A stretch of 64,000 bases of DNA from Macrostomum lignano (Eukaryota): positions 1 to 64,000 of the forward strand of contig NIVC01002425.1 of assembly GCA_002269645.1 (NCBI GenBank), in the 5' to 3' direction. This document shows positions 24,698-34,315 of this stretch, piece by piece. Both the position numbers and the translations under genes were made by a program. The notes beneath the pieces are model-generated. The model made no database searches. It was given only the letters and a program-made list of their open reading frames with translations, and was not told the DNA's origin. Within the stretch, counting starts at the first letter, position 1; the number at the start of each line of letters is the position of its first letter.

Positions 24698-26597
24698 TTG
24701 CCTGCTTGTTCCTATGAAATTGTCTCGGTTTTTTACTCGTCCTACTCGTTCTTGAATGCTGGGCTCAAGATCGGAGAGCCAAATAAGCCCAGTTTGGTAA
24801 GCTGCACTCCAGAATTCACGCAAATTTTTCTACCAAGCTCAGGTCCGAATCCTCTCTACTTGATTGGTCCATAGCCCGCTTAGCCAATAGCAAACTACAT
24901 TATGCATGTATGAGCATTTTTATTGTACTATGCGATTACCGGCTATTAAAATTTATTCGATTAATGCATATTGGACACGTGGCATAGTGGCTGAGTTTGC
25001 CTATTCGTTATGCCAGCCGTCTCAGATTTCTAATGCAATTCAGAAATAGGAGCACGAACGCCATAACGCATTTTCGTCCTAGTCCTACTCCTCTTTTCGC
25101 TTTACGACACTAAAACCGACCGACCCAGTCTCCAGAGACACCCTGTAGTATTTTTCAAGCACCCTCGAATGCTCGCCGCGACTTTACTGATCCGTCATCG
25201 AAATCGACAGACAGAAACTGGTAGCAAAATTCTAATATGCCAAAGCTGCTCCCACCATCAAGCTGGATGCAAAATTCGTCTGGAGGGAGCCAAGCCGTTC
25301 GTTTAGTGCTTATACTTGACAAGCAAATTCTCTCCTCTGGGAGCGGCCACTGTTAGTCGCGTAGTCTGCTAGGCTCAATTTAAAATTTTGTAACTTTCCG
25401 AATAAACTGAACTCTATTCGATGCAACGGAGCGAGCAACAGATAGATTGGCGAACTGGCGCTGGACCAAATTGCTGGGCAGCGTTTCAGCGGCTTGAAAT
25501 AATTGATATCGTTCTATTCAAACGCTTGGGCGCAACGTGCTGAGCCTTACGCAGTCAGCCATTACATTGGCATTTGATTTTGTGGTGTCCCTAGGAAGCG
25601 ATAGGCAATTTTATCTGAGAATGGTATTAGAGTCCAACTCGAAAATCGGTCCCACGTCGGAGCTCTAGCTAAGCTTCCGAGCGACTGTAATATAATTGGT
25701 CTATGCTCGGGGTTAATCATTTTTTATCGACATTCCAATTCACACTAAACGCCCTCTCCTCTTTTCTTTCACGATATGAGGCAGACAATTCTAGCAAAGA
25801 ATATCTGTGGCTTGATAGTCTGGGAAACATTTAGCCTGCATTTGTCAGAGCACGAAGATCAAATACTTAAACAGCGGCAGTAGCAGCATATCCATTAGTT
25901 GACACTTTCAGCTCCCAATTTAGAATAACTAAGTCTAGACTTAGCTACACGATCCAACAGTTTCCCTAGCTTGGCAATGCTGGGTCTGCAGCAATTACTA
26001 ATGTCCCAAATTTCTAAACTCCTAGACTAACTTTTGATTAAATCAATGACCACTGATTCCGCGGCTATAGCTTGCTGAATATTCAGCTAGTTGGCGCCTC
26101 CGCATCTCCAACCTGCACTGTCAAACCGAAAAGTCTGTTCACCAATTGTTGGGAAACTAGCTGTCGTGTCGTGTGCTGAGACGCGGTTAGGCACATATTT
26201 TCTTAAGCTTCTCCGTAATCACATCCTAATTGCGTAGCATGTTACGTCAAGAAGCGCAACAGGGACCAGTCGAACCGAGTTTTTGTCGTCAAGGAAATTA
26301 ATCTTGCAAGACTCGCGCAGACTACTAGATAGACTACAGTAGGGCCTTATGGACTTCTGTCTGTTTTTTTAATTCAACGTTGCGTGGCTCATTGAGCGGA
26401 TGAAATCAACTAAAAATAGCAGAACTATAAGGGAACCCGGATTCGCTCCAAACATAGACTAAATATTTAGTCTACACATGCAGCTATCCAAGCTTGATTT
26501 AAAAATACCGATTCCAGTACTAATTCCAGAAATGAAGGTGCATCATCAATTCGGGTCGAGACACTGAAAAACCCAACTCGACTGCGCGAAATCAAAC

Positions 26598-28484
26598 ATG
26601 AAAAAGAATGTCACGAAAAATCAATCCAAGAAGGTTGCCGTCAAGAATGTCAACGTCAGCAAAGACAAACCTTCGCAGGACAAGGACGAAGATACCATTA
26701 GCATCAGCAGCGTGTCCAGCATCAAAAGTACAAGTAGCGTCACTGTTCACAAGAGAACGAGTTACGTCGAAACTACGTCCGTTGTAGCACTCAAAGCTGG
26801 CAAAAATGATACCGCAAGTCGTAACCAACCGGATGGCAACATCGCCAGTGTAAGCGAGATCAGATCCGTGGTAGTTGAAGACGTTGAAACCACTACGACT
26901 ACAAGTGTAGAGGATATAATTGTTTTTCAGACCGCTCAGACTGAGAAGGTACCTATTGCTGGGAAGACAGGTAATACAATAAAATCTGAGCGGGACATGG
27001 AAATGACGTCAGTAAAAATTGAATCAGGACAGGGCGGCAAAGCGTCGAGTAAAATTGATGCGAAACAACTTCAGCAGCAAAAAGAGTTGCAGTACAAACA
27101 GAATTCCACCAAAGCAAACGAAAAGACTCCGCTTGCGAGTGATATTAAAACTAACAGGTTGATTAAAAATCAAGCAAAACTGTCCCTAGGCAAAGTTTAT
27201 AAAGATTTTGAAGCTAAACAAAAGTATGCGAAAAATAACTACAAGGAAAGCGAGTCGCAGAAAGTAGCTAGAGTCATAAATTCGCTCAAAACTGACGAAT
27301 GCCTACACTATGTCCATCACTGGGACGAGGACAATTCAGTGAGCAATGAGATGGTTGCGTCTGTGGGAGAAATGGAACTCATACTTGCCAAGGAGCTTGT
27401 CCGCCGGTTCAGAAACTACAGCAGTGACAAATATTCGGACAGTCCTATGTTTTATCACGACCATGCAAAACGCCAAACTTTGGTGCTCATTGACAAAGAC
27501 TTCCACATTGAGCCCAATAGACAAGATCTGCTTCGAGTGATTGGCTGCGGTCACTTCTTGCTGAGCTACTTCTGTGACGCAATCAGCTACGCCATTGAGG
27601 AGTGCCGCAGGGTGGAAAGTCTGGACTGGGCAGTCTCCTTTCTTACATCCGTGAGATCTCAGTGGAAGGAGTCCGTGCTGAACAAGCTGACCCGGTGCGA
27701 CGAAACTGTTGGCATTGGAAACCACTTTAACGATCTTGCGACAAAGTGGCTCGCAATGAACGTTGAGCACCATTCCGGAGACGAGCTAAAGCAATGGCTA
27801 GACTTAAACGCCGTGAAGTTCACGTGCAAGACAATGTGCTTCAGTGACCGCAACAAGGATTTGGCATCAATGGATCGCAGAGCGTACAAGGAGTTCCTGT
27901 TCCTGCACATGGCCTGCATCGTTGACCACGACGATCCGCAGAACATCGATCCGAAGTTGCTCAAGCAGTACAGGCTATTAAACCGAAGCCGCTTGGCTGA
28001 AACTGCAGCAAATATGAATACATCTTTACCTGAGAAGCAAACCAATCAAGATGAAAAAAACTCCAAGAGTGACTCAAGAAAAGTCACTGATGGCGCTGGA
28101 ATGACAAGTCTGATAGAAAAGAAAGGCCTGAGTTCATTGAGCACTGCTGCAGCATTGAGTCTTGAAGACAGAATGAACACGCCGCGCAGTCTTCAGAAGC
28201 TGCCGATTCAGCAGCCACCCGGCTCGGAAAGTGCGTCCTTTTGGCAGTCGTGCGATTCGTTTCAGCCCACCGATTGGTTCAAGTCAGAGGACGGCAAAAC
28301 AATCAAGGTAACCAACAAAGTGTGGAAGCTGGGCTGCAAGGGCTGTCCAGAAGGAATGCAAGAAATGCCTAGTAAAAACGAAAAGTCAGCAAGAAAATGC
28401 AAATGGATCACAGTTAAGCGAACGATATTAGTAAAACGACCGGGGAGCAAGGACTCGGTTGAGTTAAGAACCGACTCCAAATGA
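26598..28484 (+). CDS. Intronless orphan protein, 628 aa
   Basis: Long non-repetitive ATG-initiated ORF; low-complexity S/T/K N-terminus, globular-looking centre; no domain recognised. Confidence 0.8.
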   Translation: MKKNVTKNQSKKVAVKNVNVSKDKPSQDKDEDTISISSVSSIKSTSSVTVHKRTSYVETTSVVALKAGKNDTASRNQPDGNIASVSEIRSVVVEDVETTTTTSVEDIIVFQTAQTEKVPIAGKTGNTIKSERDMEMTSVKIESGQGGKASSKIDAKQLQQQKELQYKQNSTKANEKTPLASDIKTNRLIKNQAKLSLGKVYKDFEAKQKYAKNNYKESESQKVARVINSLKTDECLHYVHHWDEDNSVSNEMVASVGEMELILAKELVRRFRNYSSDKYSDSPMFYHDHAKRQTLVLIDKDFHIEPNRQDLLRVIGCGHFLLSYFCDAISYAIEECRRVESLDWAVSFLTSVRSQWKESVLNKLTRCDETVGIGNHFNDLATKWLAMNVEHHSGDELKQWLDLNAVKFTCKTMCFSDRNKDLASMDRRAYKEFLFLHMACIVDHDDPQNIDPKLLKQYRLLNRSRLAETAANMNTSLPEKQTNQDEKNSKSDSRKVTDGAGMTSLIEKKGLSSLSTAAALSLEDRMNTPRSLQKLPIQQPPGSESASFWQSCDSFQPTDWFKSEDGKTIKVTNKVWKLGCKGCPEGMQEMPSKNEKSARKCKWITVKRTILVKRPGSKDSVELRTDSK

Positions 28485-28702
28485 TCAACTTCTGTCTGTT
28501 TAGTTTGTCTTACGCAATGTCCACTTATTGGCAAAATTAATTTCATGATCGTGGAGAAAAATCTAGAGAGTTTAGTAAAGGCTTGAAAGAATATACGCAA
28601 GAAATGTCACGTTACGTTTTCAAATGAACTTCTGTGTTTTTCATTTTTTTCGCAGCAAGACTATCGGAAATATTTACCCTTTTAAATTCAAAATTGGACG
28701 GT

Positions 28703-29353
28703 CAGTGGCGTACGAAAGATTTTTAATTGGAGGAGACCGCAACCCTTTTGTGGAGGCAATATTTGGTGTCTTGGTGGGCGCCCCTGTCTCATGGTGGGCG
28801 CTCCTGTTTATGGAGGGTGCCCCTGTCTCATGGTGGGCGCTCCTATTTATGGAGGGTGCCCCTGTCTCATGGTGGGGGCTCCTATTTATGGAGGGTGCCC
28901 GTCTCATGGTGGGCGCTCCTATTTATGGAGGGTGCCCTTGTCTCATGGTGGGGGCTCCTGTTTATGGAGGGTGCCCCTGTCTCATGGTGGGCGCTCCTAT
29001 TTATGGAGGGTGCCCCTGTCTCATGGTGGGCGCTCCTATTTATGGAGGGTGCCCCTGTCTCATGGTGGGCGCTCCTATTTATGGAGGGTGCCCCTGTCTC
29101 ATGGTGGGCGCTCCTATTTATGGAGGGTGCCCTTGTCTCATGGTGGGGGCTCCTGTTTATGGAGGGTGCCCCTGTCTCATGGTGGGCGCTCCTATTTATG
29201 GAGGGCGCCCCTGTCTCATGCTGAGCGCTCCTGTATAATGGAGGGCGCCCCTGTCTCATGCTGAGCGCCCCTGTCTCATGCTGAGCGCCCCTTACCACTG
29301 TCTCGCGCTATTTTTGTGGGAGCGATTGGCCCCACTAGCTGTATACGCCACTG
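28703..29353. mobile_element. hAT-type MITE containing a 39-bp minisatellite
   Basis: TIR CAGTGGCGTAC / GTATACGCCACTG; degenerate 8-bp flanks TGGACGGT and CGGAATGT. Confidence 0.7.
28770..29292. repeat. 39-bp minisatellite (GAGGGTGCCCCTGTCTCATGGTGGGCGCTCCTATTTATG)n
   Basis: Direct reading. Confidence 0.96.
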
Positions 29354-29582
29354 CGGAATGTGTTGAATGCAATTACCATCTACAAAAGAACGCTGGCTGG
29401 ATCCCTTATCTGCAGCTCATTTCTAATGTTGGAATTAATTGAATATCAGTATGATAAAAGACTCTGCGAGAGACTACAATGTCCACTACCGCATTAGAAT
29501 GTACACTGAATGATCAGGAACCAAAATGCATTGAAAGATCAGGATGTCCACTGAAGGATAATAATATCGAAGGAGCAGAACG

Positions 29583-29878
29583 TTCACTAAATGATCAGAA
29601 TGTCCACTAAAGGATCAGGATGTCCACTTAAGGATCAGGATGTCCACTTAAGGATCAGAATGTCCACTTAAGGATCAGAATGTCCACCAAAGGATCAGAA
29701 TGTCCACTTAAGGATCAGAATGTCCACCAAAGGATTAGGATGTCCACTAAGAGATCAGAATGTCCACTAAAGGATCAGGATGTCCACTCAAGGATCAGAA
29801 TGTCCACTTAAGGATCAGGATGTCCACAAAAGGATCAGAATGTCCACTTCAGGATCAGAATGTCCACTTCAGGATCAG
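29583..29878. repeat. 20-bp minisatellite (AAGGATCAGAATGTCCACTT)n
   Basis: Direct reading. Confidence 0.95.
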
Positions 29879-30114
29879 AGAACGATAGCACAAAAAAGAA
29901 TCAACTCAGCAGAACAAACTGTAGTCAATTAACCAGTTATTTTTTCAATCCAGGGCAGCTCAATTGCCAAAACACAGCTAAGATTTGAATTGGTGAAACG
30001 AAACAGCTAAAAGCTGATCTAGCTGTTGTATTTCAACATTCAGTCAATACGAATTCTTCAAAATTCGAAGTTTTGCCAACTATTTTTGAACCGCTTCCAT
30101 CGATTTTGCAACAC

Positions 30115-30321
30115 TTAGCGCAGCCTTCTCGCCTCGCGCTCAGACTCCAGCAGGGTGAGGATGTCACCCTCACGAACCGGGCCTTTCACGTTGCGAATGA
30201 TCGACCGGCTGCTTTCGTCCAGGAATTCGACGCGCACCTGGGTGCACTGACCCTGGGAGCCGGTGCGACCGATCACCTTTGTGACGCGAGCTAGCCGAGG
30301 CTGACCAGACTTTGAGTCCAT
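30115..30321 (-). CDS. RPS28: 40S ribosomal protein S28 (eS28), 68 aa, intronless CDS
   Basis: [58 protein letters not shown] is the eS28 signature. Confidence 0.98.
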   Translation of the reverse strand: MDSKSGQPRLARVTKVIGRTGSQGQCTQVRVEFLDESSRSIIRNVKGPVREGDILTLLESEREARRLR

Positions 30322-31395
30322 GGCTTCTTTTTAGCACAGCTGGAAAGTTCGCCATTGTTTTTTATGCATCAAAATCAGTCCCATTGAGCATTCCGGGGCC
30401 TATTTTAGGGTGCCAAATCGAAAACTAGGATGCCATCTGCTGACATTAGTCATAAAGTTTAAAATCAAATAAAATACCAAAACAGAGATTTCTAATGCCA
30501 TAGGCACAATGGTTAGTGAGGGATAAAGTAAGGGGGCTAAGAAAGCTCTTAATCAGGGACTTAATCAGGGTCAGGGACTCAAGCAATAAAGATTTCTGAC
30601 ACCATATTTACACATTTAATAGCTAGGGTAGTGTCCAATTGCAGTGCATTGAGGCGGAAGGCCTTTTTATTTCAATAGATGGAATGGCAGCGAAGAGTTT
30701 TGTGCTGCTTTGCACATATATTTATATTTACAAAAACTGCGCGAGATTTATGAGAGGCCTAGGGAGGTGCGAACAGGTGGCGTTGGATGATAGGCTATGC
30801 CAACCCCCCTGGCTTAGCATTAGCAAGCTGGTTAGCGCAGTGTGCAACCAACCCCACCTCAGCTAGACAGAGGTTAGGGGGGTTTCTAGTGCGGCCGCAC
30901 TGGTGCTGCCAGTCGCGTATAGTCTGGCCACCACAGTATAGACATTTTGGCAGATGGCATCTAGCATAGATCAGTCTGGTGACAGCATGGTGTGGTATGG
31001 CATGGTGAGGCAGGGAAAGACAACCAAATATAATAGTGTGGCAGATTATGGCAAGGGCAAGGTAGGGAAAAGTATGGTCTAGCATGGTATATCATAGTAA
31101 AATAAAAAAGGTACAATGAGAAGGTATGGCATAGCATAATAAAACATGACAAGATAAAAGAGATATAGCAAAGTAGATAAGATGAGGACAGTTATATCTA
31201 GGCCCAATAGGGCTTGCTTGTTCTAAAAAGTCAGGAATCCTGACTAAAATCATGGCCTAAGCTTAGACATACATGCGCAACCTCCAAAATTCGGTCGGCC
31301 GTGCGACTTAGTTTTAACAAAAAATGCGACGTAGTTTTTGGCTAAAAATGCGACTTACATGTAAAAAAACCCTAAAGCAAAATTACCGCAACTTT

Positions 31396-31459
31396 GGGTA
31401 AACGGCAGGAGTAACTATGACTGTCTTATTAAGCTAAAATGCCTCGTCAGCTACTTAGT
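31396..31459 (+). other. Decayed 28S rRNA fragment (helix 69-71 region, R2/I-PpoI target); not a functional rRNA gene
   Basis: GGGTAAACGGCaGGAGTAACTATGACTgTCTTAttaaGCtAAAATGCCTCGTCA versus conserved GGGTAAACGGCGGGAGTAACTATGACTCTCTTAAGGTAGCCAAATGCCTCGTCA. Confidence 0.8.
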
Positions 31460-32481
31460 ACTACTGCTTGGGTGTTTTTTCGGGTGGGCATTTTTGCGAC
31501 TTCTTTGGTTGGCCGCCAAATCGGTTGGCCGGATCGGCCGACTCGGCCGACTGTTGCGCATGTATGAGCTTAGACCTGCTGCTATGTCCACTGTCCACAA
31601 AAACTTCTCTGCTTTTAAATTATCTAACTGTCCAATTGTACACTGTCCAATTAAATAATGAATTGGTATATATTTTAGATAAAAAAGCTATAGCATTAAA
31701 CAAATGCTTTTTTAATTATACAAAATGGATTCTAAAAATGTATACATTCTAATTTACTTTTTTAAGGAAAAACTTATTGTAAATATTGAAAGCTTAAAAG
31801 CTTTAAGAATAAGAAGAACCTCATGTGGCATTTAGCAACCATTTTATGCACCAATTTATTGGGATTTCAATGCAAGGAATTATCTATTTTATTAAACAGT
31901 TTTCAAGTTATAGTCATCTCCCTGAACATATGGCTATTTTAAGATCTTGGTCAACAATGGATTTCTATTTGTACATTGCACTTGGAGGCATTTATTGGCA
32001 TAAAATTACTTTTAAAAAAGCTAGAAAACTTTTATAAAGCAGTAAGTAGTCATGAGACTATCTTTAATAAAATGTATACATTTGTATTGCCAATATATAA
32101 CTAGGCCATATATGTCTATATATATCTTTACTGCCAAGTGCCAATATTAGTCTATATAGTTGGGAAATTTAAATCAAGTAATTATCTTGGCAATGGGACA
32201 CAATAAGTTATTTTATTAGTTGGCTCTAATACAACCATTAAAATTGACTTTGAAGTTTTTTGCCGCCATTCCTGCCAGCAATTAAATTAAACTTAGATGC
32301 AAATTGCAAATATACTAAAAAAGCCTACTTAAAATAGTTTTTTTTTCTAATCCCTTTAGGAGGCCTATTAGAATAAGTGGACAAAAGGCATTTGACTATC
32401 TATTGCAATTTTAAATTTTCCAATGTTGCATCGCAAATTGCAGCTGAAGTCAAGGCAGGTGGTATGAGATGGTGTAGTTTT

Positions 32482-32532
32482 GGATAAATTACATGAGTAA
32501 CTATGACTATTTAATATTAAGGCTAAATGCCC
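32482..32532 (+). other. Second, more decayed copy of the 28S helix-69 fragment
   Basis: GAGTAACTATGACT...TTAAGGCTAAATGCC; upstream TGTAGTTTTGG resembles CGTAGTTTTTGG upstream of copy 1. Confidence 0.55.
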
Positions 32533-32978
32533 ATTATCTAGGGGCCTAATTAGTTAGTACTATGCTTGTATTTGATGTAAAAGTTATTGTTCTATGTTTT
32601 ATGTTGCATAGCATTTTTGAGCTACAATTTTAGACCCAATGACAAATGTTACATGTCCTGTATCCATAGGTTTTCTAGACCTACTTTTAAACTCATAAAT
32701 TCCAATAGGGTTTAGGAGTTTAGCAATGAGCAAGAGCTTAATAAAAATACATACTATAATATATATATATTATTTGATATCTTTTGGTAACAAAAATGTG
32801 AATTTGGTTGAGTCTTTCAGAAGATAATTGATTGTGCAATATGCATATATATATACAACTACAAGCAAGATTCTCATTCCTAATTTTAGTATATTAGATA
32901 GACTAAGGGCCTAGACCCTCCTAGGTTAAAGGCTTTGGTTTGCTATTATCATAGTCAAGATGAAAGATTTTTATAGAT

Positions 32979-33210
32979 GGTGTAGGACCAAGACCGCCAC
33001 ACACCAAGACTGCCACACTTGAGGAGCTGGGGAGGAATTCGGCTCAATGTGTTATTGGATGGTGCTAAAGAAGAGATGAGTGGGTAGGAGAGCCAGTAGA
33101 ACAAGGCTCCGAGAGAGGAACCTATAAGAGGAATAGCAATGCTAGAAGATTGGTAGCTCCGCCTCAATATCAGTAGCCAGTAATAGCTGTGGCGGTCTTA
33201 GTCATACACC
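32979..33210. mobile_element. 232-bp MITE with GG termini and 8-bp TSD (Merlin-like)
   Basis: TIR GGTGTAGGACCAAGACCGCCACA / TGTGGCGGTCTTAGTCATACACC; flanks TTATAGAT and TTATTGAT. Confidence 0.75.
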
Positions 33211-33663
33211 TTATTGATGACTTGCCGCTTAGGTAAACGTTTTAAACTTCAAATTTACAATTTAAAAACTTACACATTAGAGCACTTAAACGAAATTTTG
33301 ATGACGTACTAAAGCTTTTGCTCATAAAATTGTTTATATATTATGTACAACTCAATTTTTTTATTTTAGCTTTTTTATGGTTTAGACATATTATTTAATA
33401 AATATTTATTGTTTGAGCTCAGGTTCAAGTTCAACAATTTTATTCTTATTTTACATAGCACAGTGAACTTGCCTGAGTTTCCTCCGTAAATGGAATAAAG
33501 TAATAAATACAAATTTTAGGATCACGAAAAGTATATTTTTGGATACTCCTGGATACTCCTGGCAGCGTTTCAGAAGTGCAAAGATTCAGTAAGAATCGCC
33601 CTCGCTTTTTATTCATAATTTTATTATGCAATAATTAAAACAGACAGCTCCCAAATTTCCTGT

Positions 33664-34112
33664 CAGGGGCGTTGCCAACGGGGGGGGACAGGGGGGACAT
33701 GTCCCCCCCCCAGTAAAAGATCTGGGGGGGCATGCAAATGTTTTGTCCCCTCACCCCACCTTGTGGCCCGTGGTGGAAATCAATAATTTTGCTGCATGGC
33801 GACAAAACATAGCACCTGCGGCGCTAAAATGGTGCCTGTGGCGCTAAAATGGTGCCTGTGGCGCTAAAATGATGCCTGCGGCGCTAAAATGAGTGCTTGT
33901 GGCGCTAAAATGAGTGCTTGTGGCGCTAAAATCAGTCCCTGTGGCGTTAAAATGGTGCCTGCGGCGCTAAAATAAGTGCTTGTGGCGCTAAAATGAGTGC
34001 TGACAACACCGATTCTGAAAAAATGTACATGTAGGAATTTAGTCGTTTACATGTACATTTAGAATTCTTGGCTTTGTCCCCCCCCACCATAAAATCCATG
34101 GCGACGCCCCTG
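33664..34112 (+). mobile_element. hAT-type MITE, 449 bp, intact 8-bp TSD TTTCCTGT
   Basis: TIR CAGGGGCGTTGCCA / TGGCGACGCCCCTG; TSD at 33656-33663 and 34113-34120; internal 20-bp GGCGCTAAAATG repeats. Confidence 0.92.
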
Positions 34113-34315
34113 TTTCCTGTGATCGAAGCCTACGAAAAATTTGCTAAGTTCAAAGCTTAATCGAGGAATAAATTTCAGGCTAAATAAATCTGACCCTCAA
34201 ATTTTAAAACGGCAGATAACTTTCTCACTTTCTTCCTTAGGTATCATTTATTTGCTACAACATAAGAGTTTAAGAATAGCGTACAATATTTACTTATTGC
34301 TTTCAGATTCGAAGA

